A DNA stretch of 64,000 bases from Spirochaetales bacterium (GTDB taxonomy: Bacteria > Spirochaetota > Spirochaetia > JABEVK01). Position 1 is the first letter of the stretch, and every line of letters starts with the position of its first letter. Position numbers and translations under genes: made by a program. Location of the stretch: positions 1 to 64,000 of the forward strand of contig JBAXAI010000004.1 in NCBI GenBank assembly GCA_037142615.1, in the 5' to 3' direction. The notes beneath the pieces were generated by a model. It searched no databases. It saw only the letters and a list, made by a program, of their open reading frames with translations, and was not told where the DNA came from. Below are positions 28,066 through 38,608 of the stretch, piece by piece.

Positions 28066-28072
28066 TTCTGGT

Positions 28073-28747
28073 ATGTCAGACAAAAGTGGTGCGTGGTTCT
28101 TTGAGCTCATACTGAATGTGCTGCTGCTCGCTGGGGTGGCTTGGGTGACCTTCGCCTCTCGCGGAGAGCAGGAACGCGGCCTGGCCGTGCCTCTGTTCGC
28201 CGCCGTCGCGACCATCCAAGGGGGGTCGAGCTCGACAGGCTCCACGACCTTGCCGCCGAACGCCCTGACGCCCGCCGCCCCCGCGCTGACTCCGACCACG
28301 ACTCCCACGACTTCGACAAGTGTTGTGACACCGGTGGTCAAACCCGCGCCCGTCCCCGCTGTCACCGGAAACCTGAGCTACCAGCAGGCTTTCGGCGCCC
28401 TTGAAGTGTGGGCCGCGGGACTCGACGGCAAAATCTCGGCCGACGAACTCAAAAAGATTCAAGACTCGCTGCAGACCGGCTGGAACTCCACCCAAAGCGT
28501 GCGCGACTACCTCAAGAGCGTCAACGACCGCATCAATGCCGGTCAGACCGATGCTGTGATCAACGAGGCCCTCAAGACGCTGTCGCAACAAGTGAACGAA
28601 AAGAAGGTTCTGGTGATGAACGCCGTGCTTCAGATGATGCGCGACAACGGCATCACGTGGGACCAAGCCAAGGTCGTGCTGACCAAGTGGATCACCGAGG
28701 TCCTGAAACTTTCGCCGATGGACGTCGTCAACGCGTTGAAACCCTGA
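28073..28747 (+). CDS. membrane-anchored protein with Thr/Pro linker and TerB-like domain
   Basis: N-terminal TM; T/P-rich linker; AAGLDGKISADELKKI. Confidence 0.6.
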   Translation: MSDKSGAWFFELILNVLLLAGVAWVTFASRGEQERGLAVPLFAAVATIQGGSSSTGSTTLPPNALTPAAPALTPTTTPTTSTSVVTPVVKPAPVPAVTGNLSYQQAFGALEVWAAGLDGKISADELKKIQDSLQTGWNSTQSVRDYLKSVNDRINAGQTDAVINEALKTLSQQVNEKKVLVMNAVLQMMRDNGITWDQAKVVLTKWITEVLKLSPMDVVNALKP

Positions 28748-28758
28748 CCCGCAGGCGC

Positions 28759-30099
28759 CTATTTCTTGGCTTCGCGGCTGGCCATGATTTGCATGACGCG
28801 GTCGTCGAAGTCACGGTAGCGAGTCCTCAGTTGCGTGAAATCGTGCTTGGACAACTGGTAGCCGGTGCCGTAGGTGACCGCGCGGATGCTGGCGTTGCGC
28901 CGCTCTTCCTTGAGCAGCGCCGTTTCGCCGAAAACGGCTCCGGAGCCCAGACTGGCCACCTCGTGCTCGTCCACCAACACCTCCACACTCCCCGAAGTGA
29001 CAAAGTACATCGAGTCGCCGTACTCACCCTGCCGGATGATGTATTCCTTGGGCAGGAACACCCTGGGCTTGAGCATTTGCACGGCCTCGCGGATAAACAG
29101 CTCTTCGGCCCCCTGAAACACCTGCACCTTTTCGAGGACGGCCCGGTTCTGGTGCATGAGGATTTCCATGCTCAAGCTTGAGGGTAGGTCCTCGATAACG
29201 CTGCGCTCGGTGATCGACTTCCTTTCTTGCCACAAGTAGCTGTAGTAGTCGCGGACTCGTTCCTGCAGACTGAAGGGGACTTTTTGGGCCCGGAGAAAGG
29301 CATTCACCTCTTCGAGGTGTTTCTGGTAGGTGGCCCGGGCGACGTCGATGTTCTGAACCAGGCTGGTCACGTTGGCGATGATGTAGGTGTACATGCCGAC
29401 GCCGATCACCTGCACGAAAATGGTGAAAAGAATCTGCACGTTGTTGTCGTGGCTAGGGAAGATGTCGCCGTAGCCGATGGTCGCGATGGTGGTCGTCACC
29501 CAATAGAGCGAGCGGATGTACTGGTCAAAGTGGTCGTAGTCCTTGAACCCCGTGTCGGCGGCCATGGTCCCCATGCCGACCAGCACCCAGCCCAGCGCCG
29601 TCAGGTGGATGGCTTGGCTGAACCAGTAGCCGAAGCTCAACAGCCGCTTGACCGCCGGGCTCAGGCCAAAGGCTTCCTGCAACTCGTTGAACAGCCGCAC
29701 CGCCTTGAGCACCTTGATCAGCGTCAGCGCCTGCAGTCCCAAGTAGACTTGCAACCCCAGTTCGTCAGTAGGCACATGACCATAAATCGCCATGGGAATC
29801 ATCTCGAAGGGCAAGAATGCCATCACATCGATGGCAAACCAACCCTTCAGGTAGTGGCGCCGAATGTCCGCAAACGAGTCTTGCCTGATGTGACCTTCCT
29901 TGATCTTCGTGGCAAAGCCCAAGAGGATGTCGATGAAGAACAGGGTGTTGAGAAAGTAGTAGAGCAGGTCGGCTTGAAAGGTGCGGAACACCAGCCGGTA
30001 GGTGATCAACAGCGTGAACACCAGTACCGTCAGCAGGATGATCAGATCCCAAGCCATCTTGAAGGCACTGTTGTGGTTGATGGGCTTCAGGACGGGCAT
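28759..30099 (-). CDS. cyclic nucleotide-gated K+ channel (SthK/LliK-like)
   Basis: TM helices; filter TIGYGD; C-linker; FGETALL..RRNASI. Confidence 0.92.
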   Translation of the reverse strand: MPVLKPINHNSAFKMAWDLIILLTVLVFTLLITYRLVFRTFQADLLYYFLNTLFFIDILLGFATKIKEGHIRQDSFADIRRHYLKGWFAIDVMAFLPFEMIPMAIYGHVPTDELGLQVYLGLQALTLIKVLKAVRLFNELQEAFGLSPAVKRLLSFGYWFSQAIHLTALGWVLVGMGTMAADTGFKDYDHFDQYIRSLYWVTTTIATIGYGDIFPSHDNNVQILFTIFVQVIGVGMYTYIIANVTSLVQNIDVARATYQKHLEEVNAFLRAQKVPFSLQERVRDYYSYLWQERKSITERSVIEDLPSSLSMEILMHQNRAVLEKVQVFQGAEELFIREAVQMLKPRVFLPKEYIIRQGEYGDSMYFVTSGSVEVLVDEHEVASLGSGAVFGETALLKEERRNASIRAVTYGTGYQLSKHDFTQLRTRYRDFDDRVMQIMASREAKK

Positions 30100-30108
30100 A
30101 TCGCTAGT

Positions 30109-30894
30109 TTAAGGCATCACATTTCGCTTTACAAACGCCGCGGTGGCGAAGCGCCAGGCCGCCTTTCCTCCCGTCAGCCACGCGATCCGGTCGCCGTGTT
30201 TGGGGCCCGCCAGGATCCGGTCAGCGAGCCAGGGCGCCACCGTCTCGACCCGGTCGGCCAAGATGTTGTACAGGCGAACCATGCGGTCGCGTTCGGGACC
30301 CGAGGCCGGCAGATCGTGCAACAGGAGGTCGGTGGTCACCATGCCCGGGCTCAGCCAACAAACGGTGAGCGGCGTGCCCTTGTACTCGGCCACCAGCGCC
30401 TTCGTGAAGTAGGTGAGAGCCCGTTTGCTGGTGCCGTAGATGGCCATGGTGTCGTTGACCATGTCGTTCGACCCGAAGCCTTCCATGTTGAGCAAGGTGC
30501 CCTTGCCCTGTTTGCGAAAGCCGTTCACGGCCACCTGGCTGGCCTCGATCATGCCCAGCAGATTGATGTCGAGCACGCGGCGGATCTCGTCGCGCGGCAG
30601 GTCGGCGGTCGCGACGGAAGACTGCGTGACGCCATGGTTGTTGATCCACACATCGACCGGCGCGCGGGCCGAGGCGAAGTCCCACAGGCGTTGTGCCGAG
30701 CCGGCCTCGGCCAAGTTGGCCGCCAGCCCTTCAACCGGTGCGCCAGGGTAGGCCCCGCGGAGGGTTTTCAGCGCCGCTTCGAGCCCGCCGGTCGTGGTTC
30801 CGTTGACCGTGACGAGGTGACCCTTTTCCAGAAAACGCCGGGCCATGCCGAGCCCGATGCCCCGGGTGCTGCCGGTGACAACGAGGTGGCTCAC
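30109..30894 (-). CDS. SDR oxidoreductase
   Basis: VTGSTRGIG, WINNHG, YGTSK, PGMV.T. Confidence 0.9.
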   Translation of the reverse strand: MSHLVVTGSTRGIGLGMARRFLEKGHLVTVNGTTTGGLEAALKTLRGAYPGAPVEGLAANLAEAGSAQRLWDFASARAPVDVWINNHGVTQSSVATADLPRDEIRRVLDINLLGMIEASQVAVNGFRKQGKGTLLNMEGFGSNDMVNDTMAIYGTSKRALTYFTKALVAEYKGTPLTVCWLSPGMVTTDLLLHDLPASGPERDRMVRLYNILADRVETVAPWLADRILAGPKHGDRIAWLTGGKAAWRFATAAFVKRNVMP

Positions 30895-31892
30895 GCGCTC
30901 TCCTTCCTGGCAAAGCGGTCACCGATCCACGCCGCACCGGCGGCCAGCGCCAAAACCACCGGTACCATCAGGTAAAGGATGGTCGGGATCCATACGATTT
31001 GATGGATGTTTTTCCACTGGCCCCCGCTCCACAAAAAGCCCGAGTACACGGCGGCGACGGCCGCGAAGTACAGTACCGTCAACGAGATATTGACCCACTT
31101 GGGCCACTTGAAACCGTACATCTGCGTAAAAATGGCCATGAACCCGAATCCAAAGGCAAACATGGGCCACAACGTTTGGCCCGCCTGGAGTGCGATGGTG
31201 GTGCCGTGCACCAGCACCGACGCCTCGAGGAAGAACACCCACTTCGGGTTCACGTGGTTGCGGTTCTGGATGAACACCGATTGCAGGAACAGCAGCGCCA
31301 TGTAGAAGAAGCCGGCCAGGTGGCCCCAGGTGCCTTCCATCGGGTGGAACCAGAACGTGTACACCAGACCAAAGCTGATGATGAACCCGTGGTATTTCTT
31401 AAGCCACGCAACGGGCTTAGCCGGCATCGGCACCTTTTTGCCAAAGAATAGACCGCGTCGGTCGTTGAGCAGGATCAAGATGAGGATGAGCATCAGAATA
31501 ACCGAAAACTGGCTCGACCAGACCGGCACATCCTGGGCCGTACCATCGTAAAACAGCGCCGTCTGTGCCAAGTGAAGCAGCCAGAACACGATGTTGACGA
31601 TCAGCGCCCACCAACCGGGCTTCGACAGGTTCTCGCCAAAGGTTTGCGGGTGCTTGAGCGCGTACCCGATCACACCCCAAAGCGCCACCTGGTGCAGCGC
31701 ATACAGGCTCCACGCGCTCACCCGCGCCCACAGTTCGGGCTGGGGAAGTTTCCAGTAGTACCAGGCGGGTCCTTGGTCGGGAAGGAGCAACGCCTGGAAA
31801 GGGGCCAACAGGGGTTGGAGAGCAGCAATCAGGGCGGTCAGGCCGAGCGACGCGGCGACACCCCAAAGCAGAAGTCGGGTGGAGGCTTTCAT
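30891..31892 (-). CDS. multi-pass membrane protein, His-rich TM helices
   Basis: About 9 hydrophobic segments; GTGA overlap with SDR. Confidence 0.75.
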   Translation of the reverse strand: MKASTRLLLWGVAASLGLTALIAALQPLLAPFQALLLPDQGPAWYYWKLPQPELWARVSAWSLYALHQVALWGVIGYALKHPQTFGENLSKPGWWALIVNIVFWLLHLAQTALFYDGTAQDVPVWSSQFSVILMLILILILLNDRRGLFFGKKVPMPAKPVAWLKKYHGFIISFGLVYTFWFHPMEGTWGHLAGFFYMALLFLQSVFIQNRNHVNPKWVFFLEASVLVHGTTIALQAGQTLWPMFAFGFGFMAIFTQMYGFKWPKWVNISLTVLYFAAVAAVYSGFLWSGGQWKNIHQIVWIPTILYLMVPVVLALAAGAAWIGDRFARKESA

Positions 31893-31953
31893 GCGCCCTA
31901 GAATACCTTGCCAAGTGTTGGCGGGCAAGCCTTGCTTGCTCTAAGATGGGGGC

Positions 31954-33621
31954 ATGCCCGATACGCACAAACCCGTCCGAACCCTCCCGCTGGTTGTTGT
32001 GATGACCGTTGCGCTGGTAGGTACTCTGGCCGTTGCCGGCTCGTTTCTTGTCTTTGCCCTCGACCAAGCGTATTCAGCGCAACTTCGAGTCGGGCAAGAA
32101 AACGAGGCTCGTCGGCAGGCCGACTACCTGAAGGAGACGTTTTCGCGCATGCTGTGGAACTTCGACCTGGCCGAGATCGAGGCCGTTGCCGGTTCGGTGA
32201 CCCGAAGCGATGCCGTGCTCGGGTTGTCGATCGTCACCGACGAGGGCAAAGAAATCTACAACGAGTCCAAACCAGGTCAAGCTTTCCTGACAATCACGAG
32301 CCCGTTGTCGTTTCAGCTCGCCAACCTGGGCACGATGACGCTGACGATGTCGGCCCGAGCCTTCGAACTCCAGCGGGCCACCGTGCTGGTCGTGGCCCTT
32401 GAGGCTTTTCTCGGCCTGCTGATTCTGCTGCTCCTTCTTGCCCCGTTGATGTTGAACCGGACCCTCTTGCGGCCCTTCAACCGGCTTGCGCTGGCGCTGG
32501 TTCAGGACAAGGAGGGCGAACCGTTCCCGTTTCTCCCTCCGCCGAGTTCCCGGATCACCGAGGTCCGTACCTTGGAACTTGCCCTTGCCAAGCTCAACGA
32601 TGCTGTGGCCCGGCAGGTCAACGAGTTGGAGACCAGGGTGAGAGCGCGGTCCCGTGAGCTTGAAGAGGCGCAAGCGATGCTGGTGCGGACCGAAACCCTG
32701 GCCACGTTGGGGCAGTTGGCCGCCGGCATCGCCCACGAACTGAATACCCCGCTGGCTGCCATCACCTCGTCGGTCCGGCTGCTGCAAACCGAGTGGGAAG
32801 AGGTTCTCCTGCCGTTGTTCGCCGGCCAGCTTTCGACCCCTGGCCGTGAGTCGGCGGGCTACTTGCGCGAGCTCAGTTTGCTGGCAGCCAATCTGGAGGA
32901 TTTTCCGGATGCCAGCGTTCGGCGCGAGATGCGCAGACGCTGGACGGAACTCGGTCAGGATCCCGACGCGCCGTTTTTCGATATCGTCAGCAGTACCGGG
33001 TTGTCGTCGCGGCTCGAAGAGCTTGCCGCCTTTCCTTCGGGGTCCGAGCTACACCGCGTGCTGGCCTATACGGCAGACTGGGTGCGCTCTTTGGCTATCA
33101 TCGGGTCGGCCTCACAAAAGAGCGCGGCTGTCGTTGCCGCGCTGCGCACTCAGGTTCAGCCCGGAAATGCCCAGGAGCCCAAACCCCTCGAACTGCGCCG
33201 CGAGGTCGATCAGGCGTTGGCCCTGCTTCAGAACAAACTCAGGGAGGGGGTGCAGGTTGAAATGCGCTCTCCCGACCCCGTTTGGGTCTTGGGCGATTCG
33301 ACCGAGCTCAGTAAGGTCTGGCTCAACCTGACCCTGAACGCCGTTCAGGCTCTTGGTGGCACTGGCAAGCTCGAAATCGGCATCCACCGCGAAGGGACTT
33401 GGGCGGTCGTCGACGTCACCGACAGCGGTCCGGGCATTCCCCCTAGCCTGCGCGAGCGCATTTTTGAACCCTTCTTTACCACCAAATCGACCGGCATGGG
33501 GTTGGGTTTGGACATCACCCGCAAGGTGGTCGAGCAGAACCAGGGCCTGATTGAGTTTGACAGCGTTCCGGGACGCACCACGTTCCGGGTTCGTCTGCCC
33601 GCCTTCGAACATCAGGAGTGA
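31954..33621 (+). CDS. membrane sensor histidine kinase
   Basis: 2 TM; GIAHELNTPL; NAVQA, DSGPGI, FEPFFTTK, GMGLGL. Confidence 0.92.
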   Translation: MPDTHKPVRTLPLVVVMTVALVGTLAVAGSFLVFALDQAYSAQLRVGQENEARRQADYLKETFSRMLWNFDLAEIEAVAGSVTRSDAVLGLSIVTDEGKEIYNESKPGQAFLTITSPLSFQLANLGTMTLTMSARAFELQRATVLVVALEAFLGLLILLLLLAPLMLNRTLLRPFNRLALALVQDKEGEPFPFLPPPSSRITEVRTLELALAKLNDAVARQVNELETRVRARSRELEEAQAMLVRTETLATLGQLAAGIAHELNTPLAAITSSVRLLQTEWEEVLLPLFAGQLSTPGRESAGYLRELSLLAANLEDFPDASVRREMRRRWTELGQDPDAPFFDIVSSTGLSSRLEELAAFPSGSELHRVLAYTADWVRSLAIIGSASQKSAAVVAALRTQVQPGNAQEPKPLELRREVDQALALLQNKLREGVQVEMRSPDPVWVLGDSTELSKVWLNLTLNAVQALGGTGKLEIGIHREGTWAVVDVTDSGPGIPPSLRERIFEPFFTTKSTGMGLGLDITRKVVEQNQGLIEFDSVPGRTTFRVRLPAFEHQE

Positions 33622-33657
33622 CGGGCTGGCAACACGGGTGCACGCTTCGCGCCAGGG

Positions 33658-35661
33658 CTATTTGTCGGTGAGGGTCCACACCCCATCCCAGTTCGGTGGC
33701 GGCCGCTTGAGCAGTTCGTCGCAGCGGCCGAGCATCAGCGCGGTGGGGTTGATTCCTTCCGGATGAGCCTCGAGCGCCAAGCAGGGCTCAAACAGCTCGC
33801 GGGCCTTGGCAAACTTCCCTTCGCGGTAGGCGAGGGTGGCTGGTACGAAAGCAGTCCGAAGAGCCGCTTGTCGCTCATCCAGCTGGGCCAGGGTGCCGAA
33901 CAGCTCGAAAACCGCCACAGGCTTGTCCTTGCCCTTGACCCGGATCAGGTCGATCGGCCTCACCGCGAAAGTTTCATGCAGGCCGGCCAACGTGAACTCG
34001 CTCACCAGGTTATCCAGGCCGTACTGCTTGGCTCCCGACTCCAGACGGGCCGCCAGATTCACCGCGTCTCCGATCAGGGTCAGGTCGATGCGGGCCTCGG
34101 CGGCCCCGATGTCGCACAAAATCACCTCGCCGGTATTCAGGCCCATCCGGATGAAAATGGGGTCGTCTTTGAGCAGCGGATGGCTGGCGTTCATTGTCGC
34201 GATTTCTTCGCGGATGCGTGACATATAGCCCAGCGCCGCTGCGGCTGAGCGGGCCGGGTCCTCGTCCATCCAAAAGGCCATGCACGCGTCGCCGATGAAC
34301 TTGTCGATATCGCCCCCGGCGCTCGTAATGGCCCGCGTGATCACCGAAAACAGCGTGTTGATCTGGTCGACAACCTCGCGCGGTGCGTAGCGCTCGCAGC
34401 GGTTGGTGAAGTTCTTGATGTCGCTGAAGAAAATGGTGGCGTTTTTGCGGTAGGCGCGGCTGGTGTTGTCGGCCCCCGAGAGGATGGACTTTTCGACGGC
34501 CATTTTTCGCGAGGCTTTGGAGACGTACTTTTCGATGTGGGCCTTTTCAATCTCGGCCCGCTGATTGGCGATCGTGCGCTCCACGTTGGCGAGCAGGTTG
34601 TCCTGGTTGAAGGGCTTGAGAACCACACCCTTGGCGCCGGCCTGCATCACCATTTTGACTTCGGCCTGGTTGTCCTGGTCGGTGAGCACCAGCAGGTCGC
34701 TGTTTTGAGCCTTGGGGAGCATGCGCATGGCCTTGATCAGGTCGATGGCGCTTCCATCGCCCAGGTCGGCTTCGCTGATCACCAGTTCGTGGGTAAAGCG
34801 GCGTAGCACCTTGATGGCATCTTGGATGGACGTGCAGACGCGAGGTGAAAAGCCCTGCTTGGCCAGGGTCTTGCTCATGTTGCGGGCAATGTTCAGGTCG
34901 GGCTCGACCACCAGAATGCTCTCGCGGCCCACCAGACTGTGCTGAAAAATCCGCTCGAGCCGCACCAGCAACTCGGGAATGTGCACGGGCTTGGTGATGT
35001 ACTCGTCCACCCCGGCCGCAAACCCCTTCCGCTGGTCAGAAACCGAGCCGAGAGTGCTCGACATGATGATGGGAATCTCGGCCAGCGCAGGGATCTTCCG
35101 GATGGCGCTGCAGGCCTCAAAGCCGTTCATCCGGGGCATCTCGATGTCGCTGATGATCAGGTCGGGAAGGATCTTCTGGGCCATTTCGAGCCCTTCCTGC
35201 CCATCCATGGCCGAGAAGGTTTCGTAGCCCTCTTCGGCCAGCGGCGGGCAAAGGTGCTTGTGGACCAGCTTGGAATCGTCAATCAACAGGATTTTGCGCC
35301 GGGTTTCGACCAGTTGACCGAGGGCCATCACCAGCTCTTCCTTCGACACCGGAAACTGAAGGAACGCGTCAACCACCGTCTTGGAGTATTCCTGCACCTG
35401 ATAGTCGGCCGACAGCAACACGATCTTGATGGTGCTCCCAAACAGGCGTTTGAGCTTTTTGCACATTTCGATGACGTCGTACTCGTGGGTTTCGGACTGG
35501 AGCACCAGCACCCCCCGGGGATCCTCGGCCACCCGGTACACGAATTGGTCGTAGTCGACGAAGCTGTCATCCTTGGTTTGAAAGTGCGACTCGAGGTAGT
35601 CTCGAAAGAACCGGTCCTCGACGCAAAAGAGCAGTTTGTTGGCCAGCGGTTCGGTTTTCAT
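33658..35661 (-). CDS. multi-receiver class III adenylate cyclase (REC-like, REC, REC-like, cyclase, TPR-like)
   Basis: IDD...ISDIEMP; FSDIKNFT, DKFIGDA, DLTLIGDAVNLAARLE (complete catalytic set). Confidence 0.92.
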   Translation of the reverse strand: MKTEPLANKLLFCVEDRFFRDYLESHFQTKDDSFVDYDQFVYRVAEDPRGVLVLQSETHEYDVIEMCKKLKRLFGSTIKIVLLSADYQVQEYSKTVVDAFLQFPVSKEELVMALGQLVETRRKILLIDDSKLVHKHLCPPLAEEGYETFSAMDGQEGLEMAQKILPDLIISDIEMPRMNGFEACSAIRKIPALAEIPIIMSSTLGSVSDQRKGFAAGVDEYITKPVHIPELLVRLERIFQHSLVGRESILVVEPDLNIARNMSKTLAKQGFSPRVCTSIQDAIKVLRRFTHELVISEADLGDGSAIDLIKAMRMLPKAQNSDLLVLTDQDNQAEVKMVMQAGAKGVVLKPFNQDNLLANVERTIANQRAEIEKAHIEKYVSKASRKMAVEKSILSGADNTSRAYRKNATIFFSDIKNFTNRCERYAPREVVDQINTLFSVITRAITSAGGDIDKFIGDACMAFWMDEDPARSAAAALGYMSRIREEIATMNASHPLLKDDPIFIRMGLNTGEVILCDIGAAEARIDLTLIGDAVNLAARLESGAKQYGLDNLVSEFTLAGLHETFAVRPIDLIRVKGKDKPVAVFELFGTLAQLDERQAALRTAFVPATLAYREGKFAKARELFEPCLALEAHPEGINPTALMLGRCDELLKRPPPNWDGVWTLTDK

Positions 35662-38606
35662 GCTTCCACCTTCTCAAGCAACCGGCTGTCGAGAAGGTTG
35701 ATGAGGTCTTCACTTTGCACGGGCTTTTTGAACACCTGGTCGATCTTCAGGCTGGCAATACGCATTTGATCCACGTCCTTGCCGGTGATCAGTACCACCG
35801 GGGTCTGCTCGTAAAGTGGGATCTTGCGCAACCGCTCGACAAACTCGTAGCCGTCCATCAGCGGCATCAGGATGTCGACACAAAAGGCGGAGTAGGTTTT
35901 GCTTCGGCAGGCCTTGAGGGCTTCAAAGCCGTTTTCGGCGGTGTCGACCCGGTATTGGGTGTCTTTGAGAATGGTCTTGAGGTTTTCACGCTGAATGGCC
36001 GAATCATCGACAATCAGCACCGTGTGGAGCGTCTGCCCGCCCAGAGTTGTCGGCGCCTGGGCGACCAGATTCATCGTCCCGGCCTGTTTGACGGCCTCGA
36101 CAATTTGCCGGGGGTCGAGGATCAGCACCAAGCGACTGTCGCGGAGGATGGTGCAACCCATCACAAACGGAGCCTTCTTGAGGAACCGCCCCAGGTTCTT
36201 GATCAGGATTTCTTGCCGCCCGAGCACCGAGTCGACCAAAATGCCGGTCAGACGGTTGTTTTCGTTGAGCACCACCATCTGCACCTTGTCGAGCTGAAAA
36301 CGGCTCTGCGGGAAGTTCAGAATCGCCGAAAGACTGGCCACGGGGATAGTTTGACCCTGGTAGTTGAAAATCAGGCGGTTCTCGACGGGGCGGATCTCTT
36401 GGCGCTGCACGGTGATCAGCGCCTCGATGTTGAGGATGGGCAAGGCGAACTGGTACGAGGATTCCTGCACCAGCAGAATTTTCACGATGGCCAGGGTGAG
36501 CGGGAGCTTGAGCTTGAAGCACGAACCATGGCCGGCCTGGCTTTCGGTTTCGATGGTGCCGTGCAGTTGATTGATGGCGGTTTTGACCACATCCATGCCG
36601 ACGCCGCGCCCCGACAGCTCGGTCACCTTGTCGTTGGTCGAAAAGCCGGGGAGGAAGATCAGTTCGAGGATTTCGGCATCGGTCAGCTTTCCCTTCTTGT
36701 TTTCGGGGATCAGATCCTTTTCCAGGGCCTTGGTGAGCACCCGGTCGACGTTGATGCCCCGCCCATCGTCGCGAATTTCGATGACGGCGTACGAACCGTG
36801 GTAGTAGGTTTCGAGCGTGATGGTGCCGACTTCGGGTTTGCCGAGCGCCAGGCGTTCTTCGGGGAACTCGATGCCGTGGTCGATGGAGTTGCGCAGCATG
36901 TGCAGCAGGGGGTCGGCCAGTTTGTTGATCAGCACTTTGTCGAGTTCGGTATCGCCGCCGACGATGTCGACACGGATCTTTTTGCCCACCGTTCGCGCCA
37001 GGTCGCGCAGTTGCAGCGGGAAGCGCTCAAAGAGGTTGGAAATCGGCACCATGCGGAAGCTCATCGCTCCGTTTTGCAGGCGGGTCGATAGCTGCTCCAG
37101 CGTCTCCAGGTTCTTTTGCAGCTGCTTCTGAATCTCTTCTATGGTCAGATAGTTGAGGTTCAGCTCTTCCTGCAGCGACATTTCGGCGCCCGAATTGTCG
37201 GGAATGAGCCGCGTGACCATTTGCGACAGCAGTTCGCCAAGTCGGTTTCCTGAGCTTCGACCGGAGCTGCGGCCGGGTTCGTTCAGGTGTTTGAGTTCTT
37301 TGGCAAACTCGGGAATGTAGAGGTTCAGTTTGGCCAGCATTCTCGAGCGCTGCAGCTCGGAAGCGCGCTCCAAAGTCGACTTGAACGACTTGAGAAACCC
37401 CTCAATGGCGGTGATTTCGTTCTGGAACCGGATGCGGCCGATGAAAATCTCGGAAGCTGTGTTGAGAACCTCGTCGAGTTTTTCGGAGCTCACCCGCAGC
37501 GACTCGGTGTTTTTGCCCCGGTCTTTGTCGGTTCCCCCGGCCCGCGGGGCTGGCGGGGCCACGGGCCCGAGCACCGGCGCAGAAACGGCGGGAGTCGGGG
37601 CCGGTGCCGGTGCCGGTTGACCCGCGATCAGGGCCTGCAGACGTTCCACCAACGGCCGGATCCGGGTGACAAAAGGCCCCCGCGAGGCGGTCTCCTCGAC
37701 CATTTCGGACAAAACGGCCTTGCCATCGAGCAGCAGGTCTACCACCTGCGAGCTGGCCTTCAGTTTGCCCTTGCGCACCAGGTCGAGCAGGTTTTCCATG
37801 TTGTGGGCCAGGCATTCGAGCTTCTTGATGTTGAGCAGGCGCGCGCCACCCTTGACGGTGTGAATCATCCGGAACAGGTCGTCGACGAGGGCAGGCGTGT
37901 CGGTGGCATTTTCGAGGTCGATGAGCAAGTTCGCGAAGTTGGCCAGGATTTCCGAGTTTTCTTCGTAGAAGTCGCTGATCATCCCCACTTTGTCGAGCGG
38001 CACGTTGAGCGGCTCCGGCTCGTCATCAAAGGGAATCTCGAGCGCTGGCAGGGTCGTGGCCGCGACGGGGCCTTCCACAACGGCCTCTTCGACCGGAAGG
38101 TCGTGCACCGGTTGGCTTTGATAGGCCTTGCTCGCCTCGTCGATCCGCAGGTTCCACTCGCGCAGCGGATTCTGCAGGTAATTGCGGCTCTCGTCCACGA
38201 GGTCGGTGATGTCCGGGTCCTGGGTTGCGGCGGACCCCAGGGTCTCCGCCAGTTCGCTGCCCTTGGTATAGAGCAGTTTGATCAGGTAATCGATGGAGTG
38301 CTCGCGAACCGTCTTGCGGTAGCGGGCCCAGTCAAGGGCGAAATCCAAAATCTGAAACAAGTGAGCGAGCTTGTCCAAACCGTGCAGCTTGGCCATCCCC
38401 GCCATGATGTGGTTATTGCGGTACAAATGGTCGAGAAGCTCCTCGCTTTCGGGAGTCAGGCTCAGTTCGTCGAGCAGGTCGAGTTGCGCTCGCACCGAGG
38501 CCGGCAAGCTTTGGGCAAAACTCAGGGCCGCAGGCGAAAGTCCGTCGGGTGCTGCGCTCTGGTGGTCCGACGAAAGGTTGGCGAGCACGCTGTCCTGGTA
38601 CTTCAT
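35658..38606 (-). CDS. cheA: hybrid CheA (two Hpt, HATPase, CheW, REC)
   Basis: LYRNNHIMAGMA; LFRMIHTVKGGA; RNSIDHGIE, DDGRG, SGRGVGMDVV; C-terminal REC; start MKYQ at 38606 after AGGAG. Confidence 0.92.
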   Translation of the reverse strand: MKYQDSVLANLSSDHQSAAPDGLSPAALSFAQSLPASVRAQLDLLDELSLTPESEELLDHLYRNNHIMAGMAKLHGLDKLAHLFQILDFALDWARYRKTVREHSIDYLIKLLYTKGSELAETLGSAATQDPDITDLVDESRNYLQNPLREWNLRIDEASKAYQSQPVHDLPVEEAVVEGPVAATTLPALEIPFDDEPEPLNVPLDKVGMISDFYEENSEILANFANLLIDLENATDTPALVDDLFRMIHTVKGGARLLNIKKLECLAHNMENLLDLVRKGKLKASSQVVDLLLDGKAVLSEMVEETASRGPFVTRIRPLVERLQALIAGQPAPAPAPTPAVSAPVLGPVAPPAPRAGGTDKDRGKNTESLRVSSEKLDEVLNTASEIFIGRIRFQNEITAIEGFLKSFKSTLERASELQRSRMLAKLNLYIPEFAKELKHLNEPGRSSGRSSGNRLGELLSQMVTRLIPDNSGAEMSLQEELNLNYLTIEEIQKQLQKNLETLEQLSTRLQNGAMSFRMVPISNLFERFPLQLRDLARTVGKKIRVDIVGGDTELDKVLINKLADPLLHMLRNSIDHGIEFPEERLALGKPEVGTITLETYYHGSYAVIEIRDDGRGINVDRVLTKALEKDLIPENKKGKLTDAEILELIFLPGFSTNDKVTELSGRGVGMDVVKTAINQLHGTIETESQAGHGSCFKLKLPLTLAIVKILLVQESSYQFALPILNIEALITVQRQEIRPVENRLIFNYQGQTIPVASLSAILNFPQSRFQLDKVQMVVLNENNRLTGILVDSVLGRQEILIKNLGRFLKKAPFVMGCTILRDSRLVLILDPRQIVEAVKQAGTMNLVAQAPTTLGGQTLHTVLIVDDSAIQRENLKTILKDTQYRVDTAENGFEALKACRSKTYSAFCVDILMPLMDGYEFVERLRKIPLYEQTPVVLITGKDVDQMRIASLKIDQVFKKPVQSEDLINLLDSRLLEKVEA

Positions 38607-38608
38607 GG

